64,000 nucleotides of DNA from Camelus ferus. Lineage: Eukaryota. Position 1 is the stretch's first letter. The number at the start of each line of letters is the position of its first letter. Positions 53,103 through 64,000 of this stretch are shown here, one piece after another. The notes beneath the pieces are model-generated. The model was given only the letters and a program-made list of their open reading frames with translations. It had not been told where the DNA came from and made no database searches. Position numbers and translations under genes: made by a program. The stretch lies in NCBI RefSeq assembly GCF_009834535.1, contig NC_045697.1, positions 38,070,001 through 38,134,000 on the forward strand. The letters are read 5' to 3'.

Positions 53103-55314
53103 CTGTAGAAAACAACAATGCCAGTTACATATTGGAAACAGACAGAAGACAGCAAAAAATGGAAAGCAGATCTTACAAAGTCAAGTTACATATGTAACAT
53201 TAACTGAAATTCCACGACAGTTCAGGACTCTGGATTTGGGAGAGAAGAGTCTTAACTTTTGAAGGAAGTCCTAGAATTGGGATTTCCCCAACATTTGCCC
53301 ACAGCCACAGGGGTACCTGCCTCCACTAGTAGTCAGTAGGGATCATCAGAGAGCAAGTATAAGGATGCTTCAAACATTGAGAGGGAAAAGCTTCTAATAC
53401 AATTCAGCCTGAGAAATGTGAGTAGTGACCAAAGAATGGCCTCAAAATTAAGGTGCACCCTGCAATCGTGGTCCTTTACAACACAGAGATTTAATCACAC
53501 CATTGAAATTAACATGATACTAGCATACATGGGAAATGACAACTAGCACACCATAAGAACTCTTACATAACATGGGGCATCTTCCAGTTCTCAACCAAGG
53601 AGCCAGCTTTAGAAAACAGTTCTATTTTGCAATGAAGGTTTATTGAATTACAGTTGGCAACCAGCTGTTATCAGCCTTTATCCTGAAAAGAAAACTTGAA
53701 AGCCAGTAGTATGAGAGATTTATATTCATCATTAAAAACTGTGCTGAGACATTAAGCACTAAACTGGATGTCTGGAGTTATTTATGGTATTTATTTCTTT
53801 GGTGGCCTTTTAAAATGGTACTGAGTCTTATCTGTCTGGGATGATTTAGGCTGAGTCCTGTTTATGGCATAACATCTCAGGGGCCCCCTTCTAGTTCCAC
53901 AATTCTTTGTTGATCAGTTTCATTTAATTTCCATTCTCACACCAAACTGAAGGGGGATAATCGTACTCTTTAGTCATAATTCTCAAGCTCCTTACTGTTT
54001 CCAGGTCGAACATGAACTAAAATAAATAATTCTCTAATTTAGTAGAAGAGCATAAGTTTTTGTCTCCTTTTTACACTCACAGAACTTGTCCTCTTCTCTA
54101 TATATCACAGATATTTAGGGAATTGTTTTATTCTGCTTGTCCCTTGTGTCCACCCTCCTGCTCCCTCTTCCATGCCATACAAACCCAGAATCATGGATTC
54201 AGACACACACACACACTCACACACACTCATGCGGTGAACTTCTTGAGGGTGGGGGCTATCTAACTTGCCCAAATAAGTGTTCAATAAATATTCTTTAATT
54301 AAGTTGCATTGAGTTTGGGGGGTAAAAAATTTAAAAAGAAGTCATTTGAGAGGGGGAAGTCAAAAGCACCATAACAGGTAATGAAACTCCCCAATAGCTA
54401 CAGCCCTAGGAAATACTTTTTAATTAAAAAATTTTACATAGTCTTTTATGTTACACAAAAAAATTAGTGAATCTGTTTGACTATATACTGCCTCACAAGT
54501 TTGAGAATATGACATTTTTACACTCATTTCTACTTTCATTGTTACCATCAGGAATTTAGTCTTTCACCTACTGAAAAAAAAAGGGTTCTCCCTCATAGTC
54601 CCCCCACTTCTAAGCTTTGTATTGTGACCAGTGCTTAATATATCACTGCCAAATGCAGTTTAGTTTGCTTCAGTAGGTCGGAGGGAGTGCTCCCTCCCGA
54701 TATTTCTGTGATGTTTAGGTAAGACATTACATGCTCCAGGGGAGAGCTGTCCACCCCCAGCCCAGGCTGCCCATCTGTGTGAAGTGGTTGTGTCCAAAAA
54801 CAGCAAACCCTTGAACCTCTAGGCTCACTAATCAGTGCATCACTATTGCTTGAATAAAAATATCAGAATAAAAAAACACCAATTAGAAAAATTAGGAGGT
54901 AACTGCAAAACTTTTCGGCCTTTGTTCTCCTTTCTTTAAAAGGCACGGCAGCACCACTCACCCACTTTTCCTTTGGATGAGGCCTTGTTCCTTTTACTCA
55001 GCTTATGGCCCTAATGGCTTTAAGTGCTGCTAACTGCTTTTGAGAACTCTGTAGAGTCCATTGATGAATCTATTTCAAAATGGTTAGGTCTCTACACGGA
55101 TTGAAAAGTATGTATTTCTAGTGTTTGAATACATTCGTAATTTTTAAAACCTCTAGCAGAAAGCTTAACTCTATGTTCTTAGCATCTTAACTTCTTTTAA
55201 TATCTCTTTCTAGAAAAGAATTTCCAGTGCTTTTACAACTTTGAGTTTTCTTTCCCCAGAATTATCATCTAGAAGTTTTTTCAAAGATTTTCCAAAGAAA
55301 TAGAGCTAAAGTAA

Positions 55315-55600
55315 ATGTTAAAATATTTTAATGTTAAAATTATTAAAATTAATAATTTTAATAAATACACTCAGTTATCAATAATTTATTATTTCAATAA
55401 TTATTTATATTTATAAATAATTTTATAATTCATAAATATAAATAACAACTATAATTTATAAATATAAATAATAAATATAATTTATTATTATAAATATTGT
55501 AATAATAAATATAAATTGTTTATAAATATAATTATTAATAATTTAATAATTTTAATAAGATTGAAATTATTAAAACTAATAATTAAAATTAATGTCAAGC
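55315..55600. repeat. Extremely AT-rich low-complexity tract
   Basis: Almost only A/T, with repeated ttataaatataa units. Confidence 0.9.
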
Positions 55601-56998
55601 TAAAATAAAATGTTTCTGTATTCTATTACATTTCTATATTCTACATTAATATCTGTTCTCTAAATTATTGTTTGTCCTGCTTATATATTTCTAGGATGTA
55701 CTATGATATACCAAGGCAGAGACCCTTAACATTGACTTTACGAACTTCAATGCTATTAAAGACTCAGTACTTGGCCCTTATCATGGATCTTATCTTTTCC
55801 CTTATGGTCTTGTTAGGGATGGCTTAGGTACAAAGGGTATTCTCCTCAGTTCAGAGCTTGCTTTCATGATTGGACTTGTTTTATTTACTCATTCTTTTCT
55901 ATTTTCATTTCCTGCTCCTATTCCATCCTCCCATAGGCAACTCTTCTAATGTATTTGATGTGTATCCTCCATTTATGTTCTTGTAAAATCTGTGCTGTGT
56001 GCATGGATGGTATTTTTCTTACTTTTTTCAACTTAACACTATACTTTGAGATCTATCCATGCTTCTGGACACATCTAGTATGTTGCCCCTAACTGCCATG
56101 GAGTACTTTATAATATGTACCCACCACATGTTGCCTACCCATTTCCCAGTGATAGGCAGCCAGGTTCCCTCCAATTCTTTCCATTACCTCCTTGTATCTG
56201 TCCTCCACATATGGATTTGTAGGTGAATACATTTGTGCTATGTTCCCAGCAGAGGGAGTGCTAGACCATAGGGGTATCTGGGTGGCATTCCAGATGGCTT
56301 CACCAGTTGACTCTCTCATCAGCAATGATGAGGATTCATACACCCCACATCCTTGCTAACATTTGCCATTATCTAGATTTCAATTTTTTACCAGTCCAAC
56401 AGGTAGAAAATGACACTTTGTTGTTGTCTTAATTTTCATTTCATTGTTACCAAAGAATTTGAGTGTCTCTTTAGATACTTGCTGGCCTTTTAGGTTTCCT
56501 CTTTTATAAATTGTCTGTTCTATTCTTTGAATATTTTTACTTTGGATTCCTGTCTTTATCTAATCAGTTTAATAGAATATCTTAGATATCCTAGAAACTA
56601 ATCTCTTATCAGTTTTAGACATTGTCAATATCTTTTCAAAGGCTCTTACCTTTTTCAGTGGAGTCCTTTGTTGAAAGAAATATTTACTTTTACTGTAATT
56701 CAATTCATCAGGTTTTTGTTTTTATAATTTATAACAAATTTTATTTTATTTCCCTGCTCCTAGCTCTCAACAATATTTTTCTAACAGAAAAGATATTTTC
56801 TATTAAATCTATATTTTTACCCTGTATGTTTAGATCTTTAATCCACCTAGAGCCCACTTTTGTATGGGGTGTTAGGTTTATTCTTCCCCACATAGTAAGC
56901 CAGCTTCTCAACCTACATTTGCCCAATAATCTGTCCTTTTCCCTCTGAATTTTAGTGTTATTTCTATTGTGAGTTAAGTTTATGTGTACATGCATTTC

Positions 56999-57415
56999 TG
57001 TCTTAGGTGGGTTTAACCCAGAAACAGACCTTGAGATAAGGATGTGGATATGAGTAGATTATTTCCAAGATGACCCAAAAAACACTGGTAGAAGAATGGA
57101 GAAGTGAAGCAGGGAAGACAAGGACTCCAATAAAGGGTACATTATCAAGCAGGTTACCACCAGTGGTAACTGAGATCAATCCGTCCAGGGAACACTGGGA
57201 GTCAGTGCAGAATACAACTCAGAGTTATCCCAACTGAGGCAGGAGGCAGCTAAGTTAGGCTGTTCTCAGTGGTGGGGGCATTTGCTCCCTGGCACTTCTG
57301 GTTTACCCCAATCACAGGCCAAGCAGGCAGAGTCACAGTTGCAAAGAGAAACAGTGAGTTTGGAGTGCCACGGAGAGCATGACAAAAGGATATGACAGTG
57401 CACTGCCAGTGTCTG
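56999..57415 (-). mobile_element. LTR16-like ERVL LTR inserted in an old L1
   Basis: tgtcttagg...cagaaacagaccttgagataagga motif; old antisense L1 on both sides. Confidence 0.6.
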
Positions 57416-57801
57416 CCTAACTCTCCAAGCTCTCATCTTGGTTCCATTGGTTCATTTGTCTGTTCTTGTATGGCCACTACCATACTTTTTTATTACTACT
57501 GTTTTACAGTATCTCTTGATATCTGGTAGGGCAAGTTTCCTTTCTTAGCTCTTTACATTTAAAATTTCCTTAGCTATTTGTACACTTTTATTTTTTCATA
57601 TCAATTTTAGGTTAAATTTATGAAGTTTCTTTTTAAAATTGATTGGAATTCTGATTGGGATTGCATTGATTTTTATGGGACTTAATTGACTAATTTGGAG
57701 GAAAATCGGTATTTTTATTACATTAAATTAACTGTTCCATGCAAGAGCAAAGAATGTCTCTTCATATAATCACATCATCTTCTATTTTCTTTATTAAAAT
57801 T

Positions 57802-57941
57802 TAATGTTTTTCTCCATAAAGCTATTGTATATTGTTGGTTAGGTTAATTCCTAAATTCTTACACAATGGCAACAAAAACTGTAAGAATTTAGGAATTAAC
57901 CTAACCAACAATATACAATAGCTTTATGGAGAAAAACATTA
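57802..57941. repeat. Perfect inverted repeat, 62-bp arms, 16-nt spacer
   Basis: 57802-57863 is the exact reverse complement of 57880-57941. Confidence 0.97.
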
Positions 57942-58789
57942 TGATTGGAAAACATATAAAATAGATTCTTTCTAACTTATGAAAACTTTCTTTGTCTTCT
58001 AAGTCACGATCTATTTTTTTCAATGCTCCAATTATACTCAGAATCAATATTCATACTATTTAGTGCAGGTTTTAAAAAATATTTCTAATAGCTCAAATTT
58101 ATTAATTGTATTGTTAGGTCTTTGTGATATCTACCTGCATGTTACTTGCTTTAACTATCAGTTTGTAGGGAGGTATATTAAAATCTCCATCTATAAATAT
58201 TCATTTATCTATTTTTCCTTGAAGTTCTATCAATTGTTAAATAAATTTTGAAGTTGTTTTGTTAATATATATTAATGATGGTTGTATCTTTTTGCTCTGT
58301 AGTAATTTATCATCATATAAGACACCACTTTGCCTGATACAGTGGTTTGTTTATTTGAATTCCATTTTATCAGATATTAAGACTGCTACTCCAATTTTCT
58401 TGCAGATCATATTTGCTTGGTACATCATGTTCCATTCTTTTATGCTTACATTTTCTTGTTTTCTGTTTTAAGTGTGACTCTTATAGAGACTATATTGCTG
58501 GATCTTTTTAAAGAATTCAGTCTGGGAATCTATCTTTTAAGTAGTGTATTTTAGCACGTTCACATTTATTGTAATTACCCTATTATTAGGATTTATTTCT
58601 TCCATCTAACTTTACCATTTACTACATTTTTGTTTCCTTTTTATCTTTCCTTAAAAATAATTATGAATATTATGATATCAGAATTTAGTAAAATCAAAGT
58701 TGTCCCAAAGCTAAATTATATCATTTCATTTTACCATGATAATTTCAAAGATAAAGTTTACACTAATTTGTGTAAGAATAATTCTTTAC

Positions 58790-58848
58790 CTCATTCCACA
58801 ATCGTAGTTCTTGTTCAGGCTGTAATCCTTGAGGTAATATTGGAGCAC
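58790..58848 (-). CDS. NMU: NMU exon 2 ((G)APILPQGLQPEQELRLWNE)
   Basis: 59 bp, tttttag|GT...GAG|gtaaag; matches the neuromedin U propeptide after the signal peptide. Confidence 0.95.
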
Positions 58849-60639
58849 CTAAAAATAAAGTTTTACTCACATGTTAATTTTACAGTATTTCTTCTAAAAT
58901 TACATATTTATATACAATTCAATTTTGGATGATATTTCTCATCTTCACTGTTTTCACTGTTTTTTCTACCCTCTTATTTCCACTAGGTATTTCAGCATTT
59001 GACTTAGAATAAGGAGACATAATTACTAAATAAGCCTTATTAACATTACTCTCAAGAGTGAATTACTTCTATGTCTACACAAAAACTTGTACATGAATGT
59101 GCAAAGCAGCATTATTCACAATAGCTCCAAAGTGGAAACAATCCAAATGTCCGTCATCTGTAAACAGATAAACATACAATGGGAAATTACTGGCCATAAA
59201 AGGGAATGAACTACTGATATATGTTGCAACAGAGATGAATCTCAGACATATCATGCTAAATCCAATAAGCTAGAAGCAAAAGATCAACTACTGTAGGAAG
59301 CCATTTACATGGAATGCCCAGAGAAAGCAAATCTATAGTGCTAGAAAGATTAGTGGTTGCTTGGGACTGGGTGTAGGAGTGGCGATTAACTGCAAATGGA
59401 CAAAACAGACCTTTTGGGGATAATGGAAAATTGTACTGTTGTGATAGCTGCACATTTCTTTCTTTTTTCTTTTTTTTGGGTGGAAATGAATCAATATTGT
59501 ATTTATTAAGGAGAAGTAAAAGTACAAAAAGGTTTGTACAACAGAGCATAAAAAAGTGATAAATCAATTCTACTTAATTCAGATTGCTTGAAGAGTTACC
59601 TGTGCTATTATGAATAAATAATGCAGGAGCAAAAATTTATTATAGACATATTTTTTTGGTTTGGATTTAGTGCTCACCCTGGTTTGACTTAAATCTTGTA
59701 AAGAATGGTATTCAACTAATTGAAATAACATTTTTTAAGTAAGACAATGCCTCTAGGGTATTCAGAATGTGATCCTGAAATAGAATTTGGATGATGAAGT
59801 ATCAGGTAAAATTTATTTAAATGGTATGATGTTATAGCATGTTAACTCTGATGAGTGAGGATCTTTTTTTTTCTTCTGTTTTTTTCTTCCCACTTTTACA
59901 GAGATGTAACTGACATACAGCACTGTGTAAGTTTAAGGTTTATAGCATAATGATTTGACTTATATTGTGAAATGATACACAATAAATTTAGTTAACATCT
60001 GTCATCTCATATCGATACAAAAAAAGAAAAAAAAAGTTTCTTTTTTTGTGATGGGAACTCTCAGGATCTCCTGTCTTAACTTTCAAATACACCACACAGC
60101 AGTGTTCACCATAGTCATCACAGGCAAATGGCTGCCCAACTCTTTAAACTGACTTAAAAATCACTGAGTTGTATACTTAAAACAGATATAGTTTATAATA
60201 CATGTATACATGTATGTATCATAATCTATATCTCAATAAAGATCTTTTTAAAAAGAATAACTTCTTAAGGCCTTAGTTATTGTTGAAATAAAACGTTAAC
60301 TACTTAACATCCTCTAAAAACAACATTTTCTTCATCGGTTTAATTTTCTAATTCACGCTACATAAGTTATAAATATTAAATGCAATTACTATTTATTTTC
60401 TTATATGTATACACTTGCGTTTACTAAAATCAAGAAAACATCCTTTAGAAGAAGACTGTAAATATGTCTAAGATTTCAAATGCAGTAAAATCAAATACTT
60501 AAAAAAACAGACATTAGAGAACCTTTTAAAAAATAAAGACAGCACCTGCTAACACTGATTGGTACCAGGCACTTCAACCTTCATACCAGCCTTTTAAGAT
60601 AGCTATTCTCCTTATTCCCACTTTAAGATGAGGAAACTG

Positions 60640-62104
60640 GTATTGGTGCAAAAACAGACATATAGAGCAATGGAACAGAATAGAGAGCCCAGAAATGAAC
60701 CCACAAACTTTTGGTCAACTAATCTTCGACGAAGGAGGCAAGAATATACAATGGAATAAAGACAGTCCCTTCAGCACATGGTGTTGGGAAAACTGGACAG
60801 CAGCATGTAAAACAATGAAGCTAGAACACTCCCTTACACCATACACAAAAATCAACTCAAAATGGATCAAAGACTTAAACGTAAGACAAATACAATAAAC
60901 CTTCTAGAGGAAAATATAGGCAAAACATTATCTGACATACATCTCAAAAATTTTCTCCTAGAAGAAATAAAAGCAAGAATAAACAAATGGGACCTAATGA
61001 AACTTACAAGCTTCTGCACAGCAAAGGAAACCATAAGTAAAACAAAAAGACAACCTACGGAATGGGAAAAAATTTTTGCAAATGAAACTGACAAAGGCCT
61101 GATCTCCAGAATATATAAGCAGCTCATACGACTCAATAAGAAGAAAATAAACAACCCAATCCAAAAATGGGCAGAAGACCTAAACAAGCAATTCTCCAAG
61201 GAAGACATACAAATGATCAATAGGCACATGAAAAATGCTCAATATCACTAATTATCAGAGAAATGCAAATCAAAACTACAATGAGGTATCATCTCACACC
61301 AGTCAGAATGGCCATCATTCAAAAGTCCACAAAGGACAAATGCTGGAGAGGCTGTGGAGAAAAGGGAATCCTCCTACACTGCTGGTGGGAATGCAGTTTG
61401 GTGCAGCCACTGTGGAAAACAGTATGGAGACTCCTCAAAAGACTAGGAATACACTTAACATATGACCCAGGAATCCTGCTCCTGGGCTTATATCCAGAAG
61501 GAACCCTTCTTCAGGATGACACCTGCGCCCCAATGTTCATAGCAGCACTATTTACAATAGCCAAGACATGGAAACAGCCTAAATGTCCACCAACAGATGA
61601 CGGGATAAAGAAGATGTGGTATATTTATACAATGGAATACTACTTAGCCATAAAAACCGACAACATAACGCCATTTGCAGCAACATGGATGCTCCTGGAG
61701 AATGTCATTCTAAGTGAAGTAAGCCAGAAAGAGAAAGAAAAATACCATATGAGATCGCTCATATGTGGGATCTAAACAACAACAACAACAACAACAACAA
61801 ACAAAGCATAAATACAGAACAGAAATAGACTCATAGACATAGAATACAGACTTGTGGTTGCCAAGGGGGTGGGGGGTGGGAAGAGATAGACTGGGATTTC
61901 AAAATTGTAGAATAGATAAACAACATTATACTGTATAGCACAGGGAAATATATACAAGATCTTATGGTAGCTCACAGAGAAAGGAATGTGACAATGAATA
62001 TATATATGTTCATGTATAATTGAAAAATTGTGCTCTACATTGGAACTTGACACAACATTGTAAAATGATTATAAATCAATAAAAAATGTTAAAAAAGAAA
62101 AAAA
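60640..62104 (+). mobile_element. Young 5'-truncated L1 (ORF2 C-terminus, 3' UTR, A-tail) inserted in a MIR
   Basis: ORF2 fragments 60695..61775; perfect 15-bp TSD aagatgaggaaactg (60625-60639, 62105-62119). Confidence 0.95.
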
Positions 62105-62548
62105 AAGATGAGGAAACTGAAGGAAAGAAGGATTAAGTAATTTGTCTCAGGAAATACATACTTAGCAGAAGCTGACTACAAACCAGGTCTGGCTGAATCC
62201 AAATCCTGATGGATTTTTTTACCCTAATTATACCACTTTCAGTCATGTCTTGCCTTGAGTTCTCACAGATTTGTACTATTATTTAATCTAAGCTCTAATA
62301 ATATTAATAGTATTTAACTACATTTTCTGTACTCAGCCTTAGAAGTCACTTACTGGAGTCATGTAGTCCGTGGTAGAGAGTTGATTGATTGGAATCCTCT
62401 TACATGGGACTGCTATTCAAGGTGGACAAACAATCTTAAACACTTCTCAATTATATATTTCTCACCTTAGCACAGATGTATATCCCAAAGTTATTGTTGT
62501 CTGGTGGATATCACTCTGAGCTGATTTTGTTTTCAGGAAGGGATAAAG

Positions 62549-62700
62549 CTGTGCTTCTCAAATATTCATGCAAAACAACTGGTGATCTTCTAAATGAGAT
62601 TCTGATTCAGTCAGCTGGGAACAGGCCCAAGAGTCTGCATTTCTAGCAAGCTCCCTGGTGCTACAGATACTGCTGGTCCATGGATAACACTGAATAGCCA
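62549..62700. mobile_element. MER5A-like hAT MITE
   Basis: gattctgattcagt...tctgcatttctagcaagctccctggtg...gctgctggtcca. Confidence 0.7.
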
Positions 62701-64000
62701 GTGGAGTTAGCACTGCATTTTAGAAATAAACGGAGGATACCTCGTATTTGACAGAACTAGGTAGCTCAAACAAACGTTTTAGGTCTAAGCTCTTTAACAA
62801 GTCTGAATATTTCCAAAACAGGGATACGACTGTTCTCATGAAAAAAATCTAAAAGGCCATAGGCCCATTCCTTACAACTTGGATGCAGTACACATCTGCC
62901 GTTACTAAGAGTGAACTTTGAAAAATTGAAAAAAAAAAAGAGCAATGGAGGGAGAGAGCAGTATTTGATCTAAGAGAACCAGAGTTAACTATGATGCAAG
63001 GAAAAATACAAAGGATTCCACTTGCTGCTTGTACTTCTGATTTCTCCATTCGTCATACCACTGTTAGTTTCTGTTTGACAGGGCACGGCTGTTTAAAGAA
63101 CATAATTTCATATTCTTTTTCCTCCTGGCCATCTCCTACCTCCACACTACCTTGACAAGACCGTTAAGAGTTTGCCTCCTTCCATGTCCCCAAGCTTGCA
63201 TGGGCCACACCAAAATTGTCATCATGTCTAACTAGACCCAGGTACTTATATAATCAAAAGGGGTACCTTGTGGCTTTTACACAAAACATGCAAACACAGT
63301 ATCAGGGTAAAAAGGGTAGAGATGCCAAAAAATTTTAATGTTTATCTATACTTTATAGAAAACCACTTATATCCTATGACCAAATCCAAAGGAAAAAATG
63401 TCCCCCTTTCTCTATTTGTTATTTATAAAGTTGATGTGATTTTTTTCCTCTCATTATATCCTAGATGTGGGCTCTCTACCATCAAATAGGAGATGCTTTC
63501 CTAAATACTGTCAGAGACAACACCACTATCTTCTACATCACAAAGCTGCACTGCTTCTGATCAGTCAGGTTCAAGATATTTATACTTCATACTATGTAGT
63601 GAAATGCAATCTTTAGTCTTATACTGTACAATTTAACTGATACAAATAATATGGATAGAGAACGTGTGCTTCTGTAAATACACTATGTGTAAGAGAAAGA
63701 AAAACAGACGATTATTCTAAAAGTGCCAATTTCCTTTTCTCATTGCTAGTACTCAACTAGCGTAGGATTTGGAAGTGAGAAATTGTCACTGCTGACTGAA
63801 TTTTAAGAATTATTCCATGAGCAGGGGCCTGAGTAGGAGAAGACACTTCTTAATTAAGTCTTGGACACTTGATCACTTAATTGTCACAGGACACATCAAG
63901 TGACGGTTTGTTGCAGATATCCAAATATGCCCCTCTTTTAGGAAATTTTCTTCTTTATTTTAATGTTCTCTGAATAGTAAACCGTTTCCAGCCACAGATT

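Noticed and set aside
60695..61775. Functional reverse transcriptase gene
   Set aside because: Only the C-terminal part of L1 ORF2, 5'-truncated and frameshifted.
62200..64000. NMU exon 1 / promoter
   Set aside because: No signal-peptide-coding or CpG-rich sequence found; it must lie beyond the window.
1..64000. CRISPR arrays or prokaryotic-type systems
   Set aside because: The sequence is mammalian with spliced genes; no regularly spaced repeat-spacer array.

Overview
Mammalian genomic DNA, most likely camelid, inferred from two tRNA-Ala-derived SINEs resembling the camelid Vic-1 family. The window holds two tandem minus-strand genes. The first is the complete 6-exon PDCL2 (phosducin-like 2; 729-nt CDS, 242 aa, CpG-rich promoter at about 34.0-34.5 kb). 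The second is exons 2-10 of NMU (neuromedin U precursor); exon 1 lies beyond the right edge. All exons were read by hand and have GT-AG boundaries with consistent phases. The rest is introns packed with L1s, LTRs, MIRs, SINEs and Tigger DNA transposons; repeat family names are from memory of consensus sequences, not from a search. The most unusual structures are: (1) a perfect 62-bp inverted repeat with an inverted spacer in NMU intron 2, a template-switch signature; (2) a 34-nt tailless U2 snRNA retrocopy with a 14-bp target-site duplication; (3) two related ~1-kb L1 copies in opposite orientation that share a 3' flank and bracket PDCL2 exons 2-3; (4) an NmU-25 variant lacking the basic residues before the active octapeptide. 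No new protein-coding system is supported.
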